A model generated the notes under the pieces. That model made no database searches, was not told the DNA's origin, and was given only the letters and a program-made list of their open reading frames with translations. A stretch of DNA of 64,000 bases, from contig CP068257.2 in NCBI GenBank assembly GCA_009914755.4, positions 2,368,001 through 2,432,000 of the forward strand. The letters run 5' to 3'. Of the stretch, positions 45,956 to 61,866 are shown piece by piece (within the stretch, counting starts at the first letter, position 1; every line of letters starts with the position of its first letter). The translations under genes and the position numbers were made by a program. The DNA comes from the human T2T-CHM13v2.0 reference genome, Homo sapiens.

Positions 45956-47266
45956 CTTCTAAGCTTCTTACATGCAGAAATCAGAACCTGGAATCTGTTT
46001 CTATGACTTTTCTTCTTAATGCCTATGTGGACAATTAAAGGATTTTTCTTCTCAGGACTCTGAATATGATGAATTGTATTAGTAGACTTTCTAATATTGA
46101 GCTGTTCTTAATTTGTGAAATAAACTCAGAAAGTTCCTTCTTGGTCTTAACAGTTTATTTCTCTTTGTAAATATTAGGGATTCTGTGGATTCTGTACTTG
46201 TTCTTTTTTATCCTTTCATTCTCTTAGGTTCATTTGGTCTGATGGATTCAGGTACCATTGAAATTCTGATAGTTTCAAAATCTTTATCTCCAGCTTTGAT
46301 ATCTCTTGTGAACTCTGGAATTGTATTCCCAATTGCCAGTTGGACATCCCTACATATGGGACCTCAGATATTTCAAACATGATGTGTCCAAGTCTGTATC
46401 ACTTCTGGCCATCCTATTGTTCTTTTATTTTTCCAAATTTCACATCACCAGTAACAAACTCACTGTGATCATGGCAGATAGCCTGGAAATAAAACTCCCC
46501 TTTTTACCCTCTGCACAGCAAACTGACATCAAATCCTGTTTCTACTTTTTTTCCTTTTAACTATTGCTTCCCTATTCTGTATTCTCACTGCTCCATCTTC
46601 TGATGTAGGAGGTCATCTGTCTTCCTCTTTTCCTCTCCTCTGACTCTTAAGCCCTTTCCTATTCTCTTTCTCATGAATGGCTGTTAAAATGCCAATATGG
46701 TCATGTAACTTTCTTGTACTTAGTGAACCTCCTTATTTACACCATGTTTGTGAAGTGGCTGTATTCACCCTGGGTAGACACAGAATGTTTTTGGCATGTA
46801 CAAAGAGAATTTTATGCTGCCTGTGTAGAGCTATTAATTTGTAAGTACACTCAGCTTTTTGTATCTGTACTTTTAATATCTGTGTATGTAAACAAACTTG
46901 GATGCAAAATATTTGAAATAAAATCAGACGCTTGCATCTGTAGTGAACATATTCAGACTTTTTCTTGTCATTACTTCCTAAACAACACAACTATTTACAT
47001 CCACATTGTATTTGGTCTTCTAAGTGTGAAAGGAAAATAAAGATTGGGACTCCAAACTCATTAAGCTAAAGGGAAAAATCAAGCTGGGAACTCACTCATG
47101 AAAACCTGCCTCCTCCTTTTGGTTCCTAAATAAGATGGCTACAAGATAAAAAGCTTTTTATCTTGTAGCCCCCCACTCATATTTTTCCCACAAGGAAATT
47201 TCTGGTGTACTTTAAGATCTTTAAAGTGTTTCTGTTAAAATTCATCATGGCAATGTAAATTCATAG

Positions 47267-47573
<307 letters not shown>

Positions 47574-47699
47574 GATAGCTCATCTTTACAGTGCATAGGA
47601 CAGAACTCAGAGTCATCCCTCTGCCCACCTGACACAAATGCATATCTGATTGTTCCCCTCCCTGTTTGTCTATGTTATGTATAAATGCAGATTCACTGA

Positions 47700-48065
47700 G
47701 ACAAAGGCATGAATGACTGTATCAGTCTGTTCTCATACTGCTCTGAAGAAATACTCAAGACTGGGTCACTTATAAAGGAAAGAGGTTTAATTGACTCACA
47801 GCTCTGCATGACTGGGGAGGCCTCAGGAAACTTACAATAATGACAGAGAGCAGCTCTTCACGGGGGGGCAGGAGAGACTTTGAGTGCAAGCAGGGGAAAG
47901 GCCAGACACTTACAAAACCATCAGATCTCATGTGACTCATTATCATGAGAACAGCATAGAGGAAACTGCTTTGATGATCCAATTACTTCCACCTGGCCCC
48001 ACCCTTGACACATGGGGATTATTACAATTTATGGTGAAATTTGGGTGGGGACACAGAGCCAAACC
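47700..48065 (-). mobile_element. THE1/MST-type MaLR solo LTR (absent from paralog A)
   Basis: ...ttatggtgaaatttgggtggggacacagagccaaaccatatca is the reverse complement of the TGATATGGTTTGGCTGTGTCCCCACCCAAATCTCA... start, and ctgtatcagtctgttctcatactgctctgaagaaatactcaagactgggtcacttataaaggaaagaggtttaattgactcacag is the reverse complement of the LTR end. Confidence 0.75.
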
Positions 48066-50049
48066 ATATCAATGAATGTTTTCCCCCTACCCCAGTCTTA
48101 CATGAAAACTGTATTTCTCAGTGTTTCACCCTTTCCCCTTTAAATTTGGAGCCCTCATAATCATTTTTAAAGAAAGGCATAGACTTGTCTCCTGGGTGTG
48201 CATCCTTAATGTTGGCAAATAAACCTCTTAAAATGATTGAGATTTGTCTCGGTCATGTTTCCTGATTGACCGAAGTGTTCCAGAGATGATATAAAGTACA
48301 CTCATGCATGGCTTAATGACATGTGTATGTTCTGAGACATGCATTACTAAGCAACATTTTTGTTTTGTGAACATCATAAAGTGTGCTTACATAATCCTAG
48401 ATGGTATATATGTTTATATTTTTTCTTATGAGAAATCATATGTTCTAACACCATCATTGAATATCAGTCACTTTCCCTACTTGATCTGCAGTGCTAGTAT
48501 CAAGTCCCACATATCAGGTTTTATCAGGGGAACCAGCCCCCAATATTTCAACGTAGGTTCTTTCTATTTTCCTTAAGTGTTGGCTGGTCTGAGAAATAAA
48601 GGGTAAAAAGAAAGAAATTTTACAGCTTGGCCTCTGGGGGTGCCATCACATTGGACCATGATGGCGACCTTGAGCTGCAAAACCAGCCAGTTTTTATTAG
48701 GGATTTTGAAAGGGGAAGGGGTGTATGAACAGGGAGTAGGTCATAAGGATCACATGCTTCAAAGGGCCATAAAGATCACAAGGTGAAGGCAAAATTAGAA
48801 CCACTGATGAGGGTCTGTGTCCCACTGTGCACACATTGTCTTGATAAACATCTTAACAGAAAACAAGGTTCAAGAGCAGAGACCAGTCTGACTAGAATTC
48901 ACCAGGCTGGAATTTCCCAATCCTAGCAAGCCTGAGGGTACTGCAGGAGACCAGGGTGTATTTCAGTCCTTATTTCAACTGCATAAGACAGACACTCCCA
49001 GAGCAGCCGTCTATAGACCTAACCCTGGGAATGCATTCCTTTCCCAGGGTATTAATTATTAATATTCCTTGCTGGGAAAAGAATTCAGTGATATTCTCTT
49101 ACTCACACGTCCATCTATAGGCTCTGTGCAAGAAGAAAAATATGGCTGTATTCTGTCTGACCCCGCAGGCAGTCAGACCTTATGGTTATCTTCCCTCATT
49201 CCCTGAAAATTGCTGTTATTTTGTTCTTTTTCAGGGTGCACTGATTTCATATTGTTCAAACAACCATGTTTTACAATCAGATTTGATATTGTTTGAACAC
49301 ACATTTTACAAACAATTTGTACAGTTAATGCAATCATCACACGGTCTTGAGGTGACATACATCCTCAGCTTACGAAGGTGATGGGATTAGATTAAAGTAA
49401 GACAGGGATAAGAAATCATAAAAGTATTAATTATAAAAGTATTAATAAATGTCCATGAAATATTCCCAATTTATATTCTTCTGCCATGGTTCCCGCCAGT
49501 CCCTCCATTCGGGGTCTCTGACTTCCTGCAAGAAGGTTTCTATATGTGTTTATAATCTTAGGGGGCCATGGTAATATACATGGTTCATTATTGATTAAAA
49601 GGTCATTATGAGGCACATGACTGCATGTGGAAGGATAAGCATGGGTTATATGCAAATATACCATTGTATATAAGAATTGAGCTTCAGTGGTTTTTGGTAT
49701 CTGTGGGTGTATTTTGGAGCTGATTTCCCATGGATACTGAGGAACAACTGTACTTTGAAAATGAAAGGTGCATACATTTTTGTCATTAAAATTAGGTCAA
49801 ATATTTAAATGCAGAATCATTGTATAATCAGTTCCTTCAAGACTGCATCTGTCTGTCTCATCAAGGTCCAGGATGGTTTATCTAGATACATTGCAGTATG
49901 TCATTCCATTAACATGGTGTGTCTTCTTTGTGTCCTTGGGACTGGACTTCTGCTACACGTCATAGTTGTGAGATGGTGTGGTTCACATGGAAGTGCTAAA
50001 CAACTTTGGTTTTTCAGTGAAGTGCAACCTCATAATACTGTTCATCACC

Positions 50050-50195
50050 AAGCCTGGCTAGTTTTTCTATTTTTTGTAAAGACAGGGTTTCACCATGTTG
50101 CTCAGTCTGGTCTTGAACTCATGAGCCCAAGTGATCCACCTGCCTCAACCTCCCAAAGTGCTGTAATTACAGGCATGAGCCACTGTTCCTGTCCT
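50050..50195 (-). mobile_element. Alu left-monomer fragment at the right edge of paralog B
   Basis: gacagggtttcaccatgttgctcagtctggtcttgaactcatgagcccaagtgatccacctgcctcaacctcccaaagtgctgtaattacaggcatgagccactg. Confidence 0.8.
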
Positions 50196-50655
50196 AACAA
50201 ACCATTTGAACTACAGGTGAAGCGAAGTCTCTCTCTCTGATATTTGGTCTTCTATTTACAGCTCCTAAAATATCTAAATGTGCCCTCCCTCTCAGGGCAC
50301 ACAGCCCAATCCTATTTTCTCCCATATGATAGGAAAGAAAGAATCACATAACAAATGCCTAGTGATCTTCATTGTGAAGAGCACACGGTCAAAACATTTT
50401 TTAAAATCCTATTTCGAAGTCCAATTATGCAAAGAATTAATAAATAATGACACAAATTGATGAAAGAGTAGCTATCTTACTGAGTCCAGTGTAAGAACAC
50501 AAATGGAATTCATAATGAGCCACAAAGGCATCTGAGTCCAGATCAAAATGTCAAAGTCTTGAGAAAAGGCCCAACTGGGAGCAAATTATGAAATCTGCAT
50601 GAGTCTCTTAAGGACGATTTAGGGAAGGCTTGGCCTTTGGTCGTTATTATGAGAC

Positions 50656-50998
50656 TGATATGGTTTGGCTGTGTCCTCATCCAAATCTCGAATTGTTGTT
50701 CCCATAATTCCCACGTATTGTGGGAAGGACCTAGTGAGAAGTAATTGAATCATGAGGACTGTTCTGTTCTTATGATAGTGAATAAGTCTCATGAGATCTG
50801 ATGGTTGTATGGAGGGAAGTTCCCCTGCCCATGCTCTCTCTTGTCTGCTGCTGTGTATGACCTGACCTTTGCCTTCTGCCATGATTGTGAGGTCTCCCCA
50901 GCAACGTGGCACTGTGAGTCCATTAAACTTATTTTTCTTTATAAATCACCCAGGCTTGGGCATGTCCATATTAGCAGCATGAGAACAGACTAATACGG
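50656..50998 (+). mobile_element. THE1-type MaLR solo LTR
   Basis: tgatatggtttggctgtgtcctcatccaaatctcgaattgttgttcccataattcccacgtattgtgggaaggacc...ccattaaacttatttttctttataaatcacccaggcttgggcatgtccatattagcagcatgagaacagactaatac. Confidence 0.8.
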
Positions 50999-51865
50999 AG
51001 ACTTATTATGAGTTTGACAGGAAGGTGCAGAAACAGAGTTCTGGAGTCAGATTATGGGTGACAGCCACATAATCTTTTTTATTCAAGAAAATTGAAAGAT
51101 TTTATATATGAGTGGAACTTAGCTTCTGTTCAGTGTTGATGTGGGAAAAAGTGAGGTTAGATTTGTGAGCAGGAGCTGAATCATTAAAAGTCTTCAAGTC
51201 CTTGCTAAAGAGTGAGAACCTAAGTTTTAAGCTGTTGTTAAGTGCTTTTAAGTCCTTGAGGAATACAGTTACCTGTCTAGAGATGTTAGTCTGGAAGTGA
51301 ACAAGATAACGGGAAGTAAGAGGAGTGCAGGCTGATGGAAACATGATGGAAAATGGAAATATTTCAGGTGAGAGAGAGTGAGGGTTTCACTGAGTCATAA
51401 AGTTGTGGAGAGGAAGCAGTGAGTAGAAGAATACTTGAGAAGTAGAATTAATAAAACTTTGTGACAGAACAGGTGATGGGTCTGGGAGAGAACTATATCT
51501 GGAACAGTGGATCTCAGAGTGCTCCATGAAAATAAGACTCTTTCTATCATAATACAGCTATGTTACTTGTCTTTTTCGCTTGTTTTTGTTCTCTGCTTTG
51601 GTGCAAATGCAGTAGTAAGTAAAACCGTAGCACAAAACAAGACAGTGGCTCCAAACAATAGTAGCAGTTCTAGTATTTACAGTCACGTGGTTGCCTCAAT
51701 AAGTAAACATGCCAATTTTATTTTCATGTTACTTAAGAATATCATTGATGAAGCAGTAAAAAATAAAATTTTCATTCAATCTAGATCCCCAAGTATGTCT
51801 TTTCAGTATTCTATTTGATAAAATGGTAAGAACTCATAGAGCACTTATTACTTAAAAATGAACTA

Positions 51866-52008
51866 AGTGTGACGGGGTGCAGTGGCTCACGCCTGTAATC
51901 CCAGCACTTTTGGAGCTCAAGAGTTTGCGACCATTTGGAGCAACATGGTGAAACCAAATCTCTACAAAAAAAATTAGCCAGGGGTGATGATGTAAGCCTG
52001 TAGTCTAC
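51866..52008 (+). mobile_element. Alu, 5' part; the same Alu continues at 52955-53085 and is split by the LTR insertion
   Basis: ggggtgcagtggctcacgcctgtaatcccagcactttt...agcctgtagtctac | LTR | gtctactactggagaggctgaggagggaggatcatttggccctgggaggcagaggttgcagtgagct... Confidence 0.85.
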
Positions 52009-52013
52009 TGTAG

Positions 52014-52948
52014 GGATGAGCCCTACAGGGTCTGTGGGTTTTCTTCACCGTGTGCAGAGATGAGAGATCGTAGAAATAAAGACACAAGACAAAGAGATAG
52101 AAGAAAAGACAGTTGGGCCCGGGAGACCACTACCACCAAGATGTGGAGACTGGTAGTGGCCCCGAATGCCTGGCCGCACTGTTGTTTATTGGATACAAGG
52201 CAAGGGGGCAGGGTAAGGAGTGTGAGCCATCTCCAATGATAGGTAAGGTTACGTGAGTCTCGTGTCCACCAGTCGGGGGACCTTCCTTGTTTGGCAGCCG
52301 AGGCGGAGAGAGAGAGAGGACAGCTTACATCATTATTTCTACTATGCATTTCAAAGACTTTTAGTACTTTCACTAATTCCGCTACTGCTATCTAGAAGGC
52401 CGAGCCAGGTGCAGAGGGCGGAATATGAAAGCAGACCAGGAGCCTGACCGCTGAAGCACAGCATCACAGGGAGACAGGCCCCCGGGTAGCTGCGGGCGAG
52501 CTTGACTGATGTCGCCTTCCACAAGAGGTGGTGGAGCAGTCTTCTCTAACTACCCCGGGGAAAGGGAGACTCGCTTTCCCGGTCTGCTAAGTAACCGGTG
52601 ACTTCCCAGGCGCTGGAGTTACCGCTAGACCAGGGAGCCCTCTGGTGGCCGTGTCTGGTCGCGACAGAGGGCTCGTACTCTTGTCTTCTGGTCACTTCTC
52701 ACAATGTCCCTTCAGCTCCTATCTCTGTATGGCCTGGTTTTTCCTAGGTTATAGTAGTAGAACAGAGATTATTATAATATTGGAATAAAGAGTAATACTG
52801 CAAACTAATGATTATTAATATTCACATATCATCATCTATATTCTATTTCTAGTACAAGTATTCTTCTATATATTTTCTTTATTACACTGGAACAGCTCAT
52901 GCCTTCAGTCTCTTGCCTTGGCACCTGGGTGGCTTGCTGCCCACAGTC
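52014..52948 (-). mobile_element. solo LTR (TG...CA, about 935 bp; HERV-K/class-II-like by its 6-bp TSD) inserted into an Alu; TSD GTCTAC
   Basis: the minus-strand read starts tgtgggcagcaagccacccaggtgcc... and ends ...ccacagaccctgtagggctcatccctaca; the flanking 6-mers gtctac are identical. Confidence 0.7.
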
Positions 52949-52954
52949 TACTAC

Positions 52955-53085
52955 TGGAGAGGCTGAGGAGGGAGGATCATTTGGCCCTGGGAGGCAGAGG
53001 TTGCAGTGAGCTATGATTGCACCACTGCTCTCCAGCCTGGGTAACAGAGCAAGACCTTCTCTGAAAAAAAAAAAAAAAGTGATAT
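52955..53085 (+). mobile_element. Alu, 3' part (continuation of 51866-52008)
   Basis: gtctactactggagaggctgaggagggaggatcatttggccctgggaggcagaggttgcagtgagctatgattgcaccactgctctccagcctgggtaacagagcaagacc...poly-A. Confidence 0.85.
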
Positions 53086-53444
53086 TGTCTTAAAAAAAAA
53101 ACTGAGCTGTTACTGAAAATGTAAAAAGTTTTCAAGTGAAAATTAAAATTTGGAAAACGTATCTGCATTCTGGAACATGATAATTTTTCAAAACTTATGG
53201 ATTTTTCTAAGGAGATCAAGGGTAATATTACTGAATTTCAAAATATTTTATAATAAAGTGTATCAATATTTGGAACATCTGCATTATTTGATGAACCAAT
53301 ATTTTCCCAATGGCCATGCCAATATGATAAAAATCATGATTTGTAAAAGACCCATTAACATTGAAAATAGACCTATAGGTTTTAATGTGATATAGAAGAA
53401 AAAGCATATGATGTGGTGTCATGCCTCCCATTGCAATAACCTGA

Positions 53445-53790
<346 letters not shown>

Positions 53791-54059
53791 CAAAAATTAT
53801 TTTAAATTATTCTTCCTTTCTACAACTTCATGTCTGTGTGGGGCACTATTTTCTTCACACACTTAGCCAAAACAACATATTGGAACAGATTGAATTGAGA
53901 AGCAGATATGAGTATCAATCTGTCTTCAGTTAAGCCAGACATTTTGCAAAAATGTAAAAACATTGCAACTCTTCAAACTATTTGAGGACTTGTTTTATTT
54001 TAAAATACTATTTTGTTAGCATGAACTGAATTTATTATTTTTAAGCATATTACGAATTT

Positions 54060-54358
54060 TTTTTTGAAGTGGAATCTTGCTCTGTCTCCAGGCTGGAGTG
54101 CAGTGGCGCGATCTTGCCTCACACAACCTCCACCTCATGGTTTCAAGCGATTCTCCGGCCTCAGCCTCCCGAGTAGCTGGGACTACAGGGGCCCACCACC
54201 ATGCCCACCTGTTTTTTTTTTTTTTTTTTTTGCATTTTTAGTGCAGATGGGGTTTCACCCTGTTGGCCAGGATGGTCTTGATCTCTTGACCTTGTGATCC
54301 ACCTGCCTCGGCCTCCCCAAGTGCTGAGATTACAGATGTGAGCCACTGCACCCGGCCA
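54060..54358 (-). mobile_element. Alu
   Basis: poly-T then gaagtggaatcttgctctgtctccaggctggagtgcagtggcgcgatcttgcctcac...gtgagccactgcacccggcc. Confidence 0.9.
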
Positions 54359-54716
54359 ATATTTACTAATTTAGAAGTCCTAATTTATGATAATCATTAA
54401 TAGAAATAATACATAGGAATAAAGTTGGGTGAGAGAGAAAGGTTTGGAAGTTGTCAATTTTTTTTCTTTTAACTTATTTAAAATTCAAGTGTCATGTCTA
54501 CAAAGTGGCTGCAAAACTCATAGAGACCTTATTCCTCCACACTCCTTTAGTTTCATTTTTTCCTTCTATCATAGGGTTTATCACTATTATTTTTAATCTT
54601 GTCATCCCAACTAAATTATGAGGTCCTGCAGGAAAGAAAGTTATGTGCTTTATTTTTGACTTATTTGTACTTAGCACCATGAATTGCTTAGGGATTTTTC
54701 TTTAAAATAAAAATTA

Positions 54717-55040
<324 letters not shown>

Positions 55041-55469
55041 TTAGCAATGTTGTCATTTAGACATATTTAGGCATTAATTCTATCACTTACCAGACCTTAA
55101 TATTTTAAATTGTTGATCATGGAATTTGTTGATTTGAACCTGAAAAACCTTAATTATTTTCAAGTAGTTTTTCCTTCAATTAAATTATATTAACTTTATA
55201 TTTATTTGAAATAATTTATTTTCATGTTTTTATTAAACTTTCATCAATGTTTTGTGCTTTTATAACCATGTGAAATATTTATTTGTTTTTGAAATATTGA
55301 TTTTAAAAACAATGCAATTAGTTGATATTTATTATTGAAAAGTACTAGAATTTCACAATCTTAATAAATATTGATAATTGTTGTCATTTAGAAAAATAAT
55401 ACTGGTGTAGGAATGAAGAGAGAAGAAGGAGTAAGAAAGGCGATTGCTCTTTATTTTGAGTATTTTCTT

Positions 55470-55595
55470 TTCTTTTTTTTCTTTTTAGTAAAAATGGGGT
55501 CTTGCTATGTTGACTACGCTGGCCTCGAACTCCTGGCCTCAAGCCTTTGCTTCTCAAAGCACTGGTTTTACAGATATGAGCCACTGTGCCCAACC
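55470..55595 (-). mobile_element. Alu monomer fragment
   Basis: aaaaatggggtcttgctatgttgactacgctggcctcgaactcctggcctcaagcctttgcttctcaaagcactggttttacagatatgagccactgtgcccaacc. Confidence 0.75.
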
Positions 55596-55644
55596 TGATA
55601 ATTATTTTTATGTCATGTTGACAGGATTTAGACTAATAAAACAT

Positions 55645-56676
<1,032 letters not shown>

Positions 56677-56974
56677 TAGGGCACACACTGAGGCGGATGG
56701 CATCTCACTGTTAATCAAGAATAAAAAGCCTTAAATTATGCCAGAAACCACTATAGCAATGTCTGTGTCAAGAGGCTGTCTGAATATCTAAATGTACATT
56801 TCACAGTACAGCAAACACTTTTTTTGAACTACATTATCTGTCAGATTGCCTAAGGCACTGAAATAGAAAACTCCTAGTGCTTGCTGTATTTTGCTAGCTT
56901 ATACATTAGTTTCTTTTGTTGATTTTTGCTATGACAGGACCAAAAAGATAGAAACCACAGTATCTGTTTTAATA

Positions 56975-57258
56975 TTTTTTTTTGAGACAGGGTGACACTC
57001 TATCACCCAGGCTGGTGCAATCACAACTCACTGCAGCCTCAACTTCCTGTGCTGAAGTGATCCTCCCACCTTAACCTCCTAAGTACCTGAGACCACAGGC
57101 ATGTGACACCACACCTGGTGTATTTTAGTATTTTCTTGTACACAGAGGGTTTTTCCATGTTTCCCAGGGTGATCTCAAACTCCTGGGCTCAAAGGATCCT
57201 CCTGCCTCAGCTTCCCAATGTGCAGTGATTACAGGAATGAACCACCATGCCTGGCCTT
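56975..57258 (-). mobile_element. old Alu (AluJ-like)
   Basis: gagacagggtgacactctatcacccaggctggtgcaatcacaactcactgcagcctcaacttcctgtgctgaagtgatcctcccacc... Confidence 0.8.
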
Positions 57259-57379
57259 AATATTCTTTTCTATTTGTAAATGGAAAGCTTCAGAAAAGAC
57301 CCTCAAACAGGACTATAAATGTTTTCACAATACTGTTTTGTACAGCCAGATATTAACAGTATATTTAATGTAACTCAGG

Positions 57380-57640
57380 GGTCCCCACCCCTGGGCCATG
57401 GACAGGTATGTGTCCGTGGCCTCTGAGGAACCGGGCTGCACATCAGGAGGTGAGTGGTGGCTGAGCAAGCATTATGACCTGAGCTCCGTCTCCTATCAGA
57501 TCAGCTGCAGCATTCGATTCTCATAGGAGTATGAGCCCCAATGTGGACTCCACATGTGAGAGATCTAGGTTGCATGCACTTATGAGAATCTAATGCCTGA
57601 TGATTGGAAGTGGAAGAATTTCATCCTGAAACTATCCTCC
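57380..57640. mobile_element. MER-type palindromic nonautonomous DNA transposon fragment
   Basis: ggtccccacccctgggccatggacaggtatgtgtccgtggcctctgaggaaccgggctgcacatcaggaggtgagtgg...ctcataggagtatgagccccaatgtggactccacatgtgagagatctaggttgcatgcacttatgagaatctaatgcctgatga; a frequently seen MER-family motif. Confidence 0.5.
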
Positions 57641-60235
57641 CTGCCATCTGTGGAAAAATTGTCTTCCATGAAACCCATTTCTGGTGCCAAAAAAGGCTAG
57701 GGACCACTGATGTAACATATACCAGTATATCACATTTATTCTTACCTGTTGACATATATCCTGAAATTAGCTGTGGACAAGCTGTGGGAGTTATGTGTGA
57801 AAATAGCTTAGCAATTTAGACTCCCAGGACAATTCCACACTTCACTAAGCAAATGATGGCTATTCTTAACTGACAACATCATCACCAGCTGTCTCTTACT
57901 AACCCTAACAGTATAATAGAATACACGGTAGGAGCCCAGCCGAATGTCTTCCTCCAGCCCCACATCCAATGGCTGGCATGTGCACCCTCTTACCTAAGGT
58001 TGTGTATCCCCTTCTCTGCAGCTACAGCCCACTTGGCCTGGGTTCCATTCCCCACCGCAGAAAAGCCTTCTACTACTGACTGGACTGGAGAATACATGCC
58101 TCAGTTCCGTTGTCCCCTGGCTGTGTAACTCTGAGGTCCATGTTCGACGTGGCTCCCCAGAGTTCTGTCATGGGAGTAAGCACCAGTCATCTGCAGTGTA
58201 ACTCACTTGGCAACACATCCTTATTTTGTCTTCTTCCTGTTCCCTGTCCCATTCTGTCCCTCCTTGACCAATGCTTCCAGTCTTCTTGGGATCATGTCCC
58301 AAATAAACCATGTGCACTGAAATCTTTGTCTTAAATTCTGCTCCTGGGGGAACCCACACTAAGACATGGTGAATCTTCCATATTAAGGAGGAACTGGTGC
58401 CTGTTGAAAATGAATTGTTGTGTTTGTTGGAGAAAAATTCATCTGTTACGCTGGAAGCAAACAAATCCCACAAGAATACTGTATTGCCAATATTGTCCGT
58501 GTCTCCAGCTGAGCAGTTAAGGAGAGCTGCACTGATGCTGGAAGTTGCCAACACCTGTGAATGGCTCTGGAGGCTTCTTGTGGACCTCCATCTTGGAGGA
58601 GGTGGCAAATGCTTAGTAGTCTCCCAGGAGTCAACATGCCGGCACTCACACTGATCTCCATATCATTGTGGAGAGTCAATGTCAAGACCTTCTGCCCTTC
58701 AAAGCTATCACATTGTATGTGCCTTAGACGCCACTTGCCAGAAGCAAGCCAGGTTTACCTTTGGACACCAACAGCATTCTTTCCATTCATTCATCCTCCT
58801 GACTTATCAGACCCTGCTATGAATGACTTGATTGTTCTTCAACTTCCAATTTACCCTCAAAATTTGAAGATTTTCTACCCGCTCAAAATAATTGATTTTG
58901 CCTTTTTGGAAAGCAGCCCACAAAGAGATTTTTTGAATAAATAAAAATTGATCCATGTTTACGAAGCGTGTATTTGGATATGTCCGTTGGACATATCTAT
59001 CATTTGTTGACATACCTATCACACTGTCTGGAATGACACCTCAGTTTTTTCCCTTTTCTTTCAAAGTTGGCCTTTGGGAATCACATTTACTTTTATATAG
59101 AAACATGATTTTTTCCTCTCAAGAGCTTGTCTTTTGTATTTAGCAAAAAAAAAAAGCCTTCTCCGTTCTGTAGAGAAAATCCCCAAATTGTGCAACACCT
59201 CTGGAGAAAGCACTGAGCCCAAGAAATCAGCATTCCAAGAAAAAGACTCTGCACACAGCATCTGCATTTTTGTGCTGAACTGTTAAATGCAGATGTAGTG
59301 AAATTCATAGCTTTTTCAAAATGTACAATATAGTGAGTGGGTGTTGCCAATACATTATAATTACCCTGGACTTGTGTGAGGTGGATCCTTTGGATGAGAA
59401 TTGGCTTTCTCAGATGAAGGGAATCTTGTCTGTGAATGAAGAAGACAAGGAGGAACAGAGTATTCTTGGGAGAGGCTGCCCTGGTTTTCATGATATCAGT
59501 GATCCTTTAACCCAAAAGCCCACAGATGTTCTCCCTAATTAACCACAGAAAGTATAATTATTTACCACCCCCCAAGAATCTGAGTTCTTCTTCAGAAACC
59601 AAGATTGAGAGGAATTACTCCCAGAACCAGTGTGCAGTATACACCTTTGAACCCTTTGAGCTCTTTGCTTTCTTTTGCAGCTTGTTTTTTCCTGCCTGTT
59701 TTTCCTGTCTTCTTTCAGGCTAAGCCTCCCTCCTTTTGGTAGAGGTTTTTTTATACCATTTGGAAACTGGTTTGGATAAGCTACCTTAATGAAGGACCAC
59801 AAGTCTCTCCAGAGATGATAAAAGACTTTTTGTCTTTTCTGGTAAGTCCTTTCTGGAATAAAGATCAGTGTCTTTCTGGATTACTCTTGGTTTCTACAGA
59901 TTTTACATTCTGTCTGTGAGGCATATATTCTAGTGAATTTACTTTCAAATTGGTCTGAATGCCTAGTTTAATATTTTGATCTACATGTCTAGGTTAAAAT
60001 TTTTGTGAACAATCTTATCTTGGTTTCTTTTGATTTTGTTTGACTCTTTATCCTTGTTTCTGAAATTCTCCCAAATGCAAAAGTAAACATTCTAAATGGT
60101 GGGTCAGGATGGCTAACTAAAAGCTGCCAGGGCAGTTGTCACCCTTTAAAACACTGGCCTAAACCCCGGAAATTCCATGACAGGATTTATAGGATTTTCT
60201 CTACTCTTGAAAGATTAATGAAAAACAGAATGGTT

Positions 60236-60545
<310 letters not shown>

Positions 60546-61866
60546 ATCGCATTCTCAAACATTAAGGCATGCTAGGTTTTCTGGGACTCCAGCTGGTTAT
60601 ATATTATGGCTCATATTTTTACCTTGCTGGGAAAATTACATCAAGGAAAATTCAGATCTCCAATAGTCATTATTTGAAAAACCTGCAATTATAGAGTTAA
60701 CATGTCGAGTTTTCTAAGTTCTCTGTATACCTCTCTCGGTTCTTCTTCTGCCCATTCACTGTTTATGGAATTCTGGCCTGTGCCCCAAATCTTAAAGAGT
60801 ATTCAACTTAATGGTTTTATAAATTACAACAGCTTCATGATATCAACAAGTGAAATAATCTTTGAAATATAAATTTAATTCCAAAATACCGTGGGTTAAG
60901 AAAAAATAAGAAATATAAATTTAGGTTTACCTGACTTACAATTGTGTGCAACGACAGAATACTTAATTAGAAGTTAATGTAAGAGAAAAATAACTAGATA
61001 AATATTTATGAAATTAGGCTCTCAGATCAAGCAGGTCAAAATCTTGACCGTACAGCAATAACCCAAGGTATGTCTAGCACAAAAATTTTGCTGTTTCTGC
61101 ACACAAAAGCAAAAAATAAAAACTATAAATAATTTAAAACCGCTAAAAATCTTTCTTGTCCACACTTGCTAGTCAAGCAAATCACAATGGCAAAGAGAAA
61201 ATAGATTTGCTTCTAATTCAAGGTTACATGGATATTTTATTTTTCTTATACAATTTATCCAGTCCCAGCTTAAATGTAAATATTGAAAATATAACCCTAA
61301 ACTCATTTGAAACTTAAGAAAAGGTGAAAAAAGTTTTTTAAAAAATCAAACTGCCATGGAAACTGCTTTACCCAAACTGTGGTTCACAACACTTATTAGA
61401 TTATCTTTTGCGGCAAATAAATTTTAGCCATGTTTTACATTTTGCCAAAAAAATATAATTTGGGTCCAACTGTCTTTTATAAACTGGTGGATTAGTATTA
61501 CTATCTCATGACTAAAAGCCTAAAATAAAAAAAACATAAGATCTGTTATTTGTGTGTGTATATGTGGTCAGATGTGTTTATGTATATACACATGTATTTT
61601 GTTATATGTTTTGCCTACATGGTAAAATCTGGTGTAGTGAGCCAGAAATCCCTTAAGAAAGTCTATTTAGATAAATGACCTTATGAAATATACAAAAATT
61701 AACCTAAATGCTTTTTAATTCATGTGACTTAATTAAATCTGTGATAAACAAACTATTCTAAAATTAGTGGTAAAATAAAAATAGAAATATCTTCAAAATG
61801 GTCAGTGTACATTTTACCAGGGTTTACTGGTCAGATGGTTTTATATTTTTTTCTTCTGGAAATCTG